Below are positions 53,214 through 63,999 of a DNA stretch of 64,000 bases, one piece after another (the first letter of the stretch is position 1; each line of letters starts with the position of its first letter). Below the pieces are notes generated by a model. The model worked only from the letters and a program-made list of their open reading frames with translations, was not told where the DNA came from and made no database searches. This DNA is from Porphyridium purpureum. Lineage: Eukaryota. The position numbers and the translations under genes were made by a program. Location: contig VRMN01000001.1 in assembly GCA_008690995.1 (NCBI GenBank), positions 2,604,001 through 2,668,000 of the forward strand, read 5' to 3'.

Positions 53214-53462
53214 TACAGCGTGCACTGTACTTCTACGTGAGGTTTCGGCGCGGGATGACAGATGCGGCTTTGAGGATGACGTGGCATAGTTCATTCATGA
53301 CATCGACTCCATACTAAAATCGCATCGCTTTCATATGAAATGGAAACACCGCAAACCATGCGTGGAACCCTAGCGACGGTACACTCTGTGTACACTTCTG
53401 GCTCCAGGCCGGGGTACGGAGTAGTGGATGAAAGCGGGGAAGGGAAGGAGACATCTGTGAGG

Positions 53463-54887
53463 ATGGCGGTGGTGTGTTGGACTGCGCCTGTGGCGTGCGA
53501 CGTGTCGCGCAGGCGCCGATATGTGCGTCAATGTCGTGAACAGATTTGCACCAGGCGCAGGGTTGGATCGACTCGCAGCGATGGCAGAGCTGGGAATCTA
53601 GCACGCACACAGGTCGTGGGTGCGAGGCACATGATGACTCTGAATGAAGAGTCCTCGCGCGACGGCATGCAGCAGGAGGATTGCAACCGCCACGAGTACA
53701 AGGTGCTTGTCCTGGGCGGAACAGGACGCGTCGGGGCTTCGACCGCCCGTAAATTGGCGGCCTTGGTGGCGCGCAAGAACCGCGAGCATCCTGGAATGGG
53801 CGCGACAAAAGTGACATTGCTGGTGGCCGGACGGAACCAGGATCGTGGGGCACGCGTGGTGGAGGAACTATGCCGCGACTCAGATCCATTGCTCGTTGAG
53901 CCTCGCTTTGTTTCGATCGACTACACAAATACGTCCGCGCTCGTGGAGCTCCTAGAGCAAGTAGATCTTGTCATCCATACCGCTGGACCTTTCCAGCAAC
54001 GGCTTGAGCGGTGCGAGGTACTGCGCGCCGCAGTTCAGGCACGCACAAGGTACTATATAGATGTCTGCGATGATTTAAGCCATTCACTTCTGGCCAAGCA
54101 GATGCACGATACTGTAGCTGCTGCTGGCGTGCGCGCTGTCGTTAGCACGGGGATTTATCCGGGTGTGTCCAACCTTATGGCGATAGACGCCGCGCGATTG
54201 CTAGATCATGGTCCTGCAGAAGCGGTCCAGTTTTCATACTTTACATCTGGCACGGGGGGCGCTGGGGCAACGATCCTAGCCTCCACATTCCTACTTCTTT
54301 CGGAGGACGCTTTGACGTACAAAAATGGCAAAGAGCAGTATGTGTACCCGGCAAGTCAAGTCGAAACGGTGGATTTTGCCGGGCAAACGGGACGTCGATC
54401 CGTGTACGTACTGAATCTACCCGAAGTGTTCTCCATCCGTGAGAAGTTAAACCTGAAAGATTGCCGTGCCAAATTTGGAACCGAGCCAGAAATCTGGAAC
54501 TGGCTTCTGCGCGCCACGCCGCGCATTGTGCCGCGCAAGTACCTCCGGAACACGTCGTTTATTCGGGCATTGTCGGAACTGTCTCTGCCTGCTGTGCGCT
54601 TCACAGACGCGATTTTTGGAGCACGCACTAGTATGCGCGTGGACGCGAATGGGCGTGCGGGCGGAGACGGCACCGCGCAGCGCGCGTCAATTTTCTACGA
54701 GCATGACAACCTGGAAGAATGCGTCGGCACGGCGACTGCGGCTTTTGCATGGCACATGCTGGCGACAGGCGACAACTTGAGAACGGGCGTGTGGTGGCCG
54801 GAAGAGGCATTCGACGAGGACACATCTCGTGAGGCGATGTTGGCCGATGCCGTCTATGATGCTGCGATGTATCGATCGAGCTTTTAA
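53463..54887 (+). CDS. Saccharopine dehydrogenase-like NAD(P)-binding oxidoreductase (At1g50450-like), probably plastid-targeted
   Basis: VLVLGGTGRVGASTA, VAGRN, LVIHTAGPFQ, YIDVCDD, GIYPGVSNLMA, FSYFTSGTGGAG.TIL and GVWWPEE. Confidence 0.88.
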   Translation: MAVVCWTAPVACDVSRRRRYVRQCREQICTRRRVGSTRSDGRAGNLARTQVVGARHMMTLNEESSRDGMQQEDCNRHEYKVLVLGGTGRVGASTARKLAALVARKNREHPGMGATKVTLLVAGRNQDRGARVVEELCRDSDPLLVEPRFVSIDYTNTSALVELLEQVDLVIHTAGPFQQRLERCEVLRAAVQARTRYYIDVCDDLSHSLLAKQMHDTVAAAGVRAVVSTGIYPGVSNLMAIDAARLLDHGPAEAVQFSYFTSGTGGAGATILASTFLLLSEDALTYKNGKEQYVYPASQVETVDFAGQTGRRSVYVLNLPEVFSIREKLNLKDCRAKFGTEPEIWNWLLRATPRIVPRKYLRNTSFIRALSELSLPAVRFTDAIFGARTSMRVDANGRAGGDGTAQRASIFYEHDNLEECVGTATAAFAWHMLATGDNLRTGVWWPEEAFDEDTSREAMLADAVYDAAMYRSSF

Positions 54888-54921
54888 AATCACACTGTAC
54901 AAATTGTTTTCCGAACCACCC

Positions 54922-57900
54922 TCACATATCTTCTTCAACCTCCTCTTCATCTTCGACGACACCATCTGCTCCAAAGTCCCGAAAGTCCAGCAGAGCATCG
55001 TCTTGTGTATGATCTGGATCGTGATCTGACGCCTTGCTTGTGTTCGACGTTACCCCATCCGACTCAACGACGACATCGACATTGTCTGCCCCGCCAAACT
55101 CATCCATTTCATCGCGAAAAACGTCGTCATTCTGCCGATCGAAAGTCTTCGCAGAGAATGATGGGATGACTTGCGGAGTGCTTTCCTGAGCCACTGAAAA
55201 GTCCTGACCACTCTGCCCGCGACCACTGAAATCAAGCAAAACATCATCCTGACTCGAGCTTGGCTCGCTCAGGACCATCTCAGCAAGAGCTTCGTGCACA
55301 GACATTTTTTCGACCGTCTCTGTCTTCGTCGCCGCGCTTTGAGTGAAGAGAGATTCATCAAAATCGAGCAGCGGGGGAGGGACGAATGCTTGGAGCTCCG
55401 CGATGCGCGCGAGTGCAAGTTCATCCTCTTCAGTTTGCGCTTCCGGTTCAGATCCAGCATTCATGGGAAAAATATCAAAATCATTCATTTCGTCAAGCGA
55501 GAAACGATCCTCATGGTTCTGACTGACGTCCGCGGGCAGGCCCTTGATTTCGGAACGGTCGAGTCGAACCTCATCCTCAGAAACGGGATCAGCCGAGAGT
55601 GAACGATCGTGACCGTACAGCTCCCTCTTCACCGTTCCGTCTTCAAGCCCAGCATCAAAGCTCATCTCGTTCTCACGGTGAACAGACCAAGCGTGTGGCG
55701 GATCACTTATAGCCTCAATTTCGACATGGTCGGCTGTACGTCCGACCGCGGTTTCGTCATCTAATTCTTGACTGTCATTTCGTCTGCTCCTCAGGTCATC
55801 TCCCGGTGGATCCTCCGCAAGCGACAAGTCGACGCGTGCTGCGGAAATGTGGTCCTTTGCACCTGCGCTTGCGGCAATGCTGTAAAAGTCCGGAGGGAAT
55901 GCAAGGGTTTCCCCAACATGTCCCGCATATACACTCGTTGGCGGAGAGTCGAGCAGTGATGGAATCCTTGGAACCACGGCCAGCTTAGAAACGTTCCCAG
56001 CATCACCACGAGAATTCTCTACCACCGTATCGGCTCCGGCATGTGCTCCCGCATCACGCATTTCCGGAAAGGTTTGTACTACGTTCGATGATCTTTGGGT
56101 GCCACTCAGGTGCAGGCGGTCCCCAAAGCCTTCCCCCGCAACAGCACATGGGTCTTCTAAATCCCCCCCAACCTCATCCATCTCGCCAGTCGGTTCCTCC
56201 AACAGATTACCAGTACTGGCAATAGCTGCATTGCTATGCTCCGGCAATCGCTTATCACCGGGTGTGCTGATCGGTGGGATAGACGGAGAAAGTGCCGCTA
56301 CTGATGATGGTACGAAACTGGTCCTTCCTTCACTTCTAACCCCATCCCCGGCGGAATGCAATTCATCACTAAGATTCGGCCCCACTGAGTTCTGATTTTG
56401 TGTAACGTCTGATGATTTTGTGGATCTTGCTCCATCATTGGTACCTGCTTGACGAACCTCCGTACCGTGCTGGTTTACAGCGCGATCGTTTCCTTCCATG
56501 CTTAATTCGCCCTCGTGCGGGTCAGAAGATTGCAGAAATTCGTCCTCTTCTTGGTCTGCCGGCTTCCTGACGACACCATCCATAGTATCTTGAGTGCTTG
56601 GAACCGCAGTCGTAGTATTGGAGGAGATACCAAAAGAAGCAGAATCATGTTTCTTGGCTTCCTCGCGTAGCCTCCGTCGATCCTCACGCTCACGCTGCAA
56701 TCGTGCTTTTTCGTCAGCGGCGATGTTATCAGCAGTGCACTGTTCGACGGCCTTGATGAACCCACCAAATGTGGCAAACATTTCTTGCACTTTGGCGTTT
56801 TTTGGATCTTCTCCCAAGTACTCTGCCAGATTATGAAACTCGTCCACCATTTTGTCGAGGTCCCTTTTAAGAGCTTCCACCATTTCCTCTGCTTTGATGA
56901 AGCGGCGATGTGCCACAGACAGCTCAAAATGATGGTCCACGTCACCATCAATATCATCGTCACCACCACCCTCACCGAGCTCTTTGCTACCACTGCTGAA
57001 CTGACGATCGGGTTTGCTCTGATCCCTACCATCTAGCAATAGTGGCGTCGCTTTCGAGCTGAGACTGAAACCAAAACCTGAACCTGATCCCGACCCTGAT
57101 CCCGACCCTGAACCCACGCCCTGCCCTCGAGATTTCATTTTCGACAACGTTTTTGAACCAATCTTAGTTTCCAGATGCTGACGATGGCGCAACGCATCGG
57201 CCTGTTCCGGGTGATACTGCTCTTCCGCGACCTGCTCTCCTACATCTTCAAGATCATCAACTTGCGCGTGCGACGCAGATGCATTCGATAAGACGGACCC
57301 CGTCCCGGCCTGATCATTTTCGCTGCCAATTGATCGCCGGCTTGCCCGGTGACTCAGGCCATCGCTGAGCTCGCTAACATTTTGAAGCAAACGACGGTGG
57401 AATGATTTTTGTTGACTTGGACGCCGCGCAAGTGAGCGCGGTGTCATTCCCGTCTCTTTCAATTGCATTGTGACCTCGCGGCCCAGCAGCGCCACCGCGG
57501 CCTCGAGCGCATTTACGTCTGCAATCAACTCTTCCTTGACCACTTTACTTGCACCGGAAACGCTCGGAAACTGCTTTGCAAAAGCGTGCTCCTCCCGCAT
57601 CTGCTGCTTCTGACCGTCGGGCGCCTTTTCCTCCAGCTTACGCAACACATAATGCAGCAAAGTCATATTTTTGTCCCTTGACCGCGTGTCTGTAAGTTTC
57701 AGCAGCGCGTCCAATCGGAAGCCGCGCGCGCTTCCGCGCTTCGTGCCCTCGTTTAAGAAATTACCGATCGACAGAACCGCACCCAGCAAAAGCTGGAGAG
57801 TTTGGCTACTGCGAATCTCGGCACATGCGGAACGCACGCGCTCAATCACAATGCGGCAGTCAGTGCAAGCGCTCTTGTACGTGCGGAGCGTGAGCATGGC

Positions 57901-60900
57901 ACGCAACTTATTATTCCATCGCGGCACAGTGCCTGCGAAAACCACGAGCGCTTCGCAAGCAAGCATACTCTCTTGCACACGCTTTTGGACACGCTTCTGC
58001 ACAAAAGCCTGTCGAGCGTCATCATCGTCTGCTAGTTTCTCGAGTTCATCCTTGTTGTCGAGCTCCACTTGCTGCACCAGCTGTGTATAGTGCTCGCGTC
58101 CGAGCGCCATTTCCTCCTCTAACACCGGATTTGTTGCGAGCGCATTCACATTATCGTCGCTCAGCTTCCGATGCAACGGGTCGAGGCGGTAAACCGCCAG
58201 CGCGATTCCGTTGGCGTCTACATGGAACTGCTTCAGCATGATCTCAGCGTTCTGCAGCTTGCGAGGCTCGATTATTCCTGCAGGTCGCTTAAAGCCCAAA
58301 CCTGCCCCCACACTGGGCACAGCGGCGCCATCGCCGTCCGTGCCTTCCTCCGCCCCCGTCGCGCGTGCAGGCTTGGTTGAGAATAACTCGAGCAATTCAT
58401 CCTCAACGTCGTCCGCGACATGCACGAGGTCCGGGTTCGCCTCCTGAACTTTGGCGAAGATTGTCTTGTTGGCTTGTGCTTCCGGAATCGGGTTCCAGTG
58501 GAACTGCTTCAGGTCCTTGTGCTTTCGCTCCGGCACAACGGGCGGTGGCGCCGGCACTGCAGCTCCTCCACCTTTACCAGTGATTCCTGCTCGACGCATC
58601 ACGCGACCAACCCCACCAGGTCCAGGCGGAGGCGGTGGCGGCATCGGCGGTCCACCTGCCTTACCGCCCAAACCAGGGACAGGCGGCGGCGGAGGTGGCT
58701 TTGGGATAGCTTTTCCACTGCCTGCGCCTGTTCCAAAGACGGGTGTCGGTCCAGGCGGTGGTGGCGGGGGAGGTGGAGGAGGTGGTGCCGCGCCGCCCTT
58801 CGACGCTGGTACAGCTGCTCCCGGAGGTGGAGGAGGCGGAGGTGGTGGTGCCGGAGCATTACTAGAGCCCGCCGTACCAGATGCTAACCGACTTGGCGGT
58901 GGTGGCATCGGTGCCGACCCTCCTCCACTTCCTCCAGAAACTGTGAAACTCTTGAAGTCAGCTTCGAATGGTTCTAGGCTCATAGCGGGGGGAAACAGCT
59001 CCATACCAGCAGACACCAAAGTGTCGTTCTGATTCAAAGTTGACCCCGCGCTATCAATTGAAGCTCCGCCGCGATCGACAAGCGACTCTGTTGCAAGACG
59101 TCGCCGATCCAAGTGCAGAATAAGCTCACGCCGAGAGCATTGCCCAGATTCTGTCTTCGCCAATGTCATCAAACCATTCCGAATTTCAGCAACAAACTCG
59201 GCTAGTTTGTCTGTGTTTCCATCTGCTCGTGCATTCAGTGCGTCGAGCTGAGCAATCAGGGCTGAGACCTCAAACCTCCCAGTCTGGCCAATAATGGCGC
59301 TTTGAAGTTGCACTTCTAGAAACGCATCAAAGTCGTCCACCACGCCAGCGGAATCCGGCGTCGTGGAGCTTTCCCTTCGAGAGCTGTTCTTCAGGAAGTG
59401 ATCGTGCACTTCTTCCTCTATACCTTCTTGCTCGTCGTCATCATCAATAACATCGTCGAAGTCTTCTTCTTCCTCCTCCTCCTCGTCCTCCTCCTCATCG
59501 TCGTCTACAAAATGCACGTCATCCCCAAGGCTTCCGTCTCTCAACAGGCCGTCGATCGCATCCATATCCTCACCAGTATCGTCGAGCGCGGCGGTGAACA
59601 TGACAGATTTTCGACGGATCAGCTCTCTCGCCACCTCAGCACCGCCGGGCACGTACTTGGGCCCTGCGCCGGCCGCAGTGTCGTCATGCGCCGCTGATGC
59701 CGATGCTTCGGCCTGCAGATCTCGAAAGGCGTACACAAAGTCCTTCAAGTCATCCTCCGGCACTTCCTCCAGCATTTCTCGCACTAATGCTGCACGCTTA
59801 TCATCTGGATCGCTGAGGTGGCGAAGCTCGAACGCTTGATGGAGCTCGCTCATGAGACTCTGCTCCTGTGCGCGCGCAAAACCCAACGCGTCGTTATTTA
59901 GACCTAGTTGAAGCGCGTGATTCTGCGCCGTCTCGCGATGCGCCTCACGCAAATACAGCGGTTTATCCAGAAACTGGATTGCCGAGGCGCGCTCGATGGG
60001 GGCTTGCGCCATCATGCTCTCCATGGAATTCAAACCGCGCAGAATCTCACCAATGCGGACCATCTCTTCAGGTGCATGGCGTTCTGCCAACTCATCAAAA
60101 TCCTCACGGATCGCCTCGCTGTAGATGTGCAAGTCACAGTCCATACCGTCAGGAAGACCGTACCGCTGAAAGTCGGCTGCATGCAAACGCATCACAGGCC
60201 CGCGCATAAAAGCCGAGTGCATCCACACTGAAAACAGCGTTCTCGCCATTTGCGTCGACGTTCTAGCAGAATAGATATCCTTCTCGGCGTCAAAAAGCTC
60301 CAGCTCGTCTTCATAAAGGACGTGTTGGAAAAGCAGGCGAATTTGACCATATACCAACGAGTCGATCTGGAAAGCCGCAAACCCTTCCGCAACGAGCGAT
60401 TCGTCCATGGGGGTGAACACTTCCTCTGCAGAACCCTCTTCCAAGAGTACTAATCGTGGGCGCCAGCTCTTTCCGTTCGGCATGCGAATTCGTATTTGAA
60501 GCGTCACGCGCTGCAGAGACTGCGGCGAGAGATTTGGCAGTACCTTCTTGAACCGCAGTTCCTGAAGGTAGTGAAGGAAGCGCATAAAATCGGCGGACGA
60601 TATGAGCTCATGCAGCCGACGTTGAGCGACTGTCTCAGACGATACCATCAGCGCAGCATTAAGCGCTGTCGAAAATCGTTTCCGAAGACGGCGACAAATT
60701 TCTTTGCCGTCTAATTTTTGCATCACGTACGACGCAAACGCAGCACATACCAGCAGACCAGGTAAAAGCACGTCAAGATCTCCTATTAGAAGCACCAAGC
60801 GAAACTCGTATTCTTCCTCCACGTCAACCGAGCTGCCTCCGCGCATGGTCTTGTTCATATTCCCCAAAACCCTACCTCGCTTCGCCCTCGTCTTGGGCTT

Positions 60901-61767
60901 GGCGGTGTGCGTCTGTCCTGTCGGATTCGACACAATCCAGTCGTACATGTCTGCGCAGGTCTCCACGACCACCTGCAAGGGAGGCAGCTCGTACGGCACG
61001 AACGGGCCTAGCGGGCACGGCAGAACTTCGGCATCTGCAAGGCTGAGCTGTCGCGTCACAAGGTCCTCGATTGATGCTAACGGCGTGGGAACAGACCCTG
61101 TGTCTACGACCATGACGCGTGCTTTGGCGTGCTCAACAGCAGGCCGCCGCTTCACCATCTTATCCATGCATGCTCTGAGCTCTGAACGCAGCGAAGGAAT
61201 GGCCGTTTCCGGCATACACGCAAGATCTGGGTATTTTCCGTGCGCGTGAACATTAGGAAACTCAGCATCTGGAGCCCTTGTGTTTGTTGGACTTGCCGCC
61301 TTTCTCGTTAACACCAGAAATGCGTCATACAATTCGAAAATCGTTGCGCCCTCGTTCGGCCTGCCCGCGTGAGCTGCGCCCGTGCCAGGCACTCCCGCCA
61401 ACGCGCTGCTGTCTGCCGCTGAACGTTTCACGGCCGCCGCATCGCTCTGAAGGCGAGGAGGCCGCGGCGCCACTTCGTGAGACGGTGCGGCCCCAGCGAC
61501 AGGACTCTCGCTTGGTCGCGCACGCTGCGGCAGCGACGGCGCCGCGGACGACGAGTTGGTTGACGCACCATCAACATCACGCAGGTTCGCGCGCGCATTG
61601 CTTTGTTCTTCTGCCTGGCCCTGACTGCGGCTCTGACCGCGCGCCTTTTCCTTCCTGCCGTCAGTTTTCGAACCGCTGCCGCTGCCGCTCGCGCTGCCCG
61701 AAAAGTCGCGCGCGGCCGCGCCCTGCGCGTCCTTCGAGATGTAGAACGAGCTGAACAGTTTCTTCAT
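54922..61767 (-). CDS. Formin with N-terminal PTEN/C2-like region, FH1 poly-Pro and FH2 (class II-like)
   Basis: Poly-Pro FH1. FH2 motifs LKQFHWNPI, QNAEIML, VLSIGNFLNEGT.RG.A.GFRLD.L.KL.DT, TLLHY and YLGED. N-terminal PPL......C..M..W and WRP segments resemble PTEN-C2. Confidence 0.93.
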   Translation of the reverse strand: MKKLFSSFYISKDAQGAAARDFSGSASGSGSGSKTDGRKEKARGQSRSQGQAEEQSNARANLRDVDGASTNSSSAAPSLPQRARPSESPVAGAAPSHEVAPRPPRLQSDAAAVKRSAADSSALAGVPGTGAAHAGRPNEGATIFELYDAFLVLTRKAASPTNTRAPDAEFPNVHAHGKYPDLACMPETAIPSLRSELRACMDKMVKRRPAVEHAKARVMVVDTGSVPTPLASIEDLVTRQLSLADAEVLPCPLGPFVPYELPPLQVVVETCADMYDWIVSNPTGQTHTAKPKTRAKRGRVLGNMNKTMRGGSSVDVEEEYEFRLVLLIGDLDVLLPGLLVCAAFASYVMQKLDGKEICRRLRKRFSTALNAALMVSSETVAQRRLHELISSADFMRFLHYLQELRFKKVLPNLSPQSLQRVTLQIRIRMPNGKSWRPRLVLLEEGSAEEVFTPMDESLVAEGFAAFQIDSLVYGQIRLLFQHVLYEDELELFDAEKDIYSARTSTQMARTLFSVWMHSAFMRGPVMRLHAADFQRYGLPDGMDCDLHIYSEAIREDFDELAERHAPEEMVRIGEILRGLNSMESMMAQAPIERASAIQFLDKPLYLREAHRETAQNHALQLGLNNDALGFARAQEQSLMSELHQAFELRHLSDPDDKRAALVREMLEEVPEDDLKDFVYAFRDLQAEASASAAHDDTAAGAGPKYVPGGAEVARELIRRKSVMFTAALDDTGEDMDAIDGLLRDGSLGDDVHFVDDDEEEDEEEEEEEDFDDVIDDDDEQEGIEEEVHDHFLKNSSRRESSTTPDSAGVVDDFDAFLEVQLQSAIIGQTGRFEVSALIAQLDALNARADGNTDKLAEFVAEIRNGLMTLAKTESGQCSRRELILHLDRRRLATESLVDRGGASIDSAGSTLNQNDTLVSAGMELFPPAMSLEPFEADFKSFTVSGGSGGGSAPMPPPPSRLASGTAGSSNAPAPPPPPPPPPGAAVPASKGGAAPPPPPPPPPPPGPTPVFGTGAGSGKAIPKPPPPPPVPGLGGKAGGPPMPPPPPPGPGGVGRVMRRAGITGKGGGAAVPAPPPVVPERKHKDLKQFHWNPIPEAQANKTIFAKVQEANPDLVHVADDVEDELLELFSTKPARATGAEEGTDGDGAAVPSVGAGLGFKRPAGIIEPRKLQNAEIMLKQFHVDANGIALAVYRLDPLHRKLSDDNVNALATNPVLEEEMALGREHYTQLVQQVELDNKDELEKLADDDDARQAFVQKRVQKRVQESMLACEALVVFAGTVPRWNNKLRAMLTLRTYKSACTDCRIVIERVRSACAEIRSSQTLQLLLGAVLSIGNFLNEGTKRGSARGFRLDALLKLTDTRSRDKNMTLLHYVLRKLEEKAPDGQKQQMREEHAFAKQFPSVSGASKVVKEELIADVNALEAAVALLGREVTMQLKETGMTPRSLARRPSQQKSFHRRLLQNVSELSDGLSHRASRRSIGSENDQAGTGSVLSNASASHAQVDDLEDVGEQVAEEQYHPEQADALRHRQHLETKIGSKTLSKMKSRGQGVGSGSGSGSGSGSGFGFSLSSKATPLLLDGRDQSKPDRQFSSGSKELGEGGGDDDIDGDVDHHFELSVAHRRFIKAEEMVEALKRDLDKMVDEFHNLAEYLGEDPKNAKVQEMFATFGGFIKAVEQCTADNIAADEKARLQREREDRRRLREEAKKHDSASFGISSNTTTAVPSTQDTMDGVVRKPADQEEDEFLQSSDPHEGELSMEGNDRAVNQHGTEVRQAGTNDGARSTKSSDVTQNQNSVGPNLSDELHSAGDGVRSEGRTSFVPSSVAALSPSIPPISTPGDKRLPEHSNAAIASTGNLLEEPTGEMDEVGGDLEDPCAVAGEGFGDRLHLSGTQRSSNVVQTFPEMRDAGAHAGADTVVENSRGDAGNVSKLAVVPRIPSLLDSPPTSVYAGHVGETLAFPPDFYSIAASAGAKDHISAARVDLSLAEDPPGDDLRSRRNDSQELDDETAVGRTADHVEIEAISDPPHAWSVHRENEMSFDAGLEDGTVKRELYGHDRSLSADPVSEDEVRLDRSEIKGLPADVSQNHEDRFSLDEMNDFDIFPMNAGSEPEAQTEEDELALARIAELQAFVPPPLLDFDESLFTQSAATKTETVEKMSVHEALAEMVLSEPSSSQDDVLLDFSGRGQSGQDFSVAQESTPQVIPSFSAKTFDRQNDDVFRDEMDEFGGADNVDVVVESDGVTSNTSKASDHDPDHTQDDALLDFRDFGADGVVEDEEEVEEDM

Positions 61768-62844
61768 CCTGTCACCCGAGCTCGCCGCCCGCAACTGCCC
61801 GCCGCCCAGGCGCGCTCACGCACTCACCCAAACCGCGCGTCGCACGTCTACGCACCGCTCCCTCCTGCTGACCCACACCACTCGCCTCTCGCGCTCACCA
61901 TCGCCTGTCATTTCCGGCGCACTGTACCTCGGCCACTGTGGTACAGTGACCGTGCCCATAACTGTACCTCACTTCTAATTTTGGCGCGCGTGCTTGCCTC
62001 CAGAGGATCATCAGCCCACATGGAAAATCCAAATCCTCCGCGCCAATTCAAAATCGCACGCCTTCTGGTTGGTCATTTAATTTCATGAACGGAATTTTTC
62101 TCGATGTTGGGCTTCTGTACTTTTTCCACAGCGCGCTCGCTCTGAAATCGGTGTGGAACCACGTATTCAATGTCTGCGGTCATTGATCTACGTGGTTGAC
62201 ATGGGCGGGGCGGGGTGTCAATCCTCATGACATGACGATACACAGAACCTCCGAAAATCAAAACAACCCTGTTCTGGAAATCGAAACGGAGCGGGCGTGA
62301 CGGCGCGTTTGTGCGTTTGTGTGTGTAAAGAGTTTATGTAGGTGTTTCGAATTTGGAGTCGCTCGTTCATTTGGATGGCATGTTTTCTCTCTCTAGTGGC
62401 TCCACGTGTTTGTTGTATGTGATCTTGCGCGGTGGGTGTGGCGGGGTCGGGGTTGCGCTGGACACCGGACACGTTTCGTTGAATCCAGTAGCGGGCGGGA
62501 GGTGTTCTCTGGCCAGACGCGACGTGACGTTCGATTTCTTTGGTACGTTTCGATTCAGATGCTTTTGCAGCGGTTTAATGGTTTCATGTTGATGATCATC
62601 AACGCAAATGAAGGAGTGTGAAATTCAACACGCGACACTGTGCGCGATAGTGGAACAATGGGAAGGCGTATAAAGCGCGAAACAGCACTCGTGGGTGTAG
62701 ACGGCGAAACAAGTTGTGAAGGTGGGTACGAGAGAAGCATATTCGTCGCGACGCGAGGGCGCAGTGCGAGAAGAGGGCTTACTTGCTTGAACACGTCCTT
62801 GAGGCGACTTGGTTGAAAGGGTTTAGATAGGGGAAAAGGAAGCC

Positions 62845-63450
62845 ATGGAGTGTGCTCTTCTACACATGGGATTTGTCGGCGGGTCGACGGGGCCTGTATC
62901 GACTCCACCGCGAGGGTCGACCTCGGCCGCCCGGCTCAGCGGTCTGTCTCCCGCAAGAAGGCTCTTTGACATGAAGGATACAGATCGCGAGCAGCGATTA
63001 CGACGCACGTGGTCGAGGGCGGCGACGGTTGAATCCGGAGCCCCACCGGCGGTGGTGGCGACGGCAACACCGTCGCCTACCGAGACGGTGATGGACAGTA
63101 ACGACAACGCCGGTTCTTTCTGCACACCGCTGAAGGCTTCCACGGCTGCGCTTTACGGAGATGACCAGGATCTCATGACATTCGAGCTGCTGCCCGGGAT
63201 CGAGACAGATAGCATTGAAATGATTACGGCGTTCGATGACATTGGGAGTGATGTGGCGTCTTTCTTTTCGGACGAGAACGCGCTTGCTTTTGAGGAACAA
63301 AGCTGCAGCAGCGTGAATCAGTCTTCTGACGCAACGCCAGTGCTCAGTGAGAATAGCCGATTCTTACCGGTCTCGTGCTCTCGTGGGATCGGCAAGAGGC
63401 GACCGGAGAAACGCGCAGGTGCCAAGGCACAAAAAAACGTACCCGTGTGA
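62845..63450 (+). CDS. Hypothetical protein (201 aa, acidic/Ser-rich, basic C-terminus)
   Basis: ATG-initiated ORF divergent from the formin, with TATAAA at ~62669. No domain recognised. Confidence 0.5.
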   Translation: MECALLHMGFVGGSTGPVSTPPRGSTSAARLSGLSPARRLFDMKDTDREQRLRRTWSRAATVESGAPPAVVATATPSPTETVMDSNDNAGSFCTPLKASTAALYGDDQDLMTFELLPGIETDSIEMITAFDDIGSDVASFFSDENALAFEEQSCSSVNQSSDATPVLSENSRFLPVSCSRGIGKRRPEKRAGAKAQKNVPV

Positions 63451-63783
63451 CGCCCGTCGGTGTCCATGGTCGGGTCTCGATTATTATAGCACTTCGCTTG
63501 CGCTGGAGTGGCTTGGCATCCGATATAGCATACGGAAACGCTCTAATCCCTCTTATTGCATTTTGTATAGATATAGAACTTAAAGCCATGAGCTGCATTA
63601 ATTCAGTATCATTTTTACGCCTCTGATAGCTGGTGGGTTTTGAGCACTATCAGCCCTTTAATCAAACAAAGCTTGATAAGAAATAAGCACTCGTGCCACG
63701 GTGCCCACGCAGTCGCGCTGAGGCGCCTGCCCAAAATCGTATACGCCGCTGCCACAAAGTTGCGACTCCGAATCTCCTGCGCT

Positions 63784-63999
63784 TCAAAGCTCTGTCGCGA
63801 CTGGCTTTCGTGCCTGAAACGGTCCGTACGGGTTCTGGACGAGCCGCGAATAAAGCCAGTCCCCGACCCATCCGGGAACCAAGCTGCGCACTGCCACAAA
63901 TGCGCGATTAAGCCAGCTGACGCCAATCCAGTGGTGGTATGCCAACGTTCGCCCTTCGTATCCCACGTGGTCGACGATTTTCTGAAAGACGTCAGCGTC
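63784..63999 (-). CDS. 3' end of a gene truncated by the window edge (possibly a short-chain dehydrogenase C-terminus)
   Basis: Open frame from the window edge: DADVFQKIVDHVGYEGRTLAYHHWIG...LVPGWVGDWLY...TEL*. The family assignment is a guess. Confidence 0.45.
   Translation of the reverse strand, partial: DADVFQKIVDHVGYEGRTLAYHHWIGVSWLNRAFVAVRSLVPGWVGDWLYSRLVQNPYGPFQARKPVATEL

Noticed and set aside
63425..63475. KKTYPCDARRCPW, resembling the start of a C2H2 finger in an alternative frame
   Set aside because: No downstream His pair and no supported splice or frameshift.
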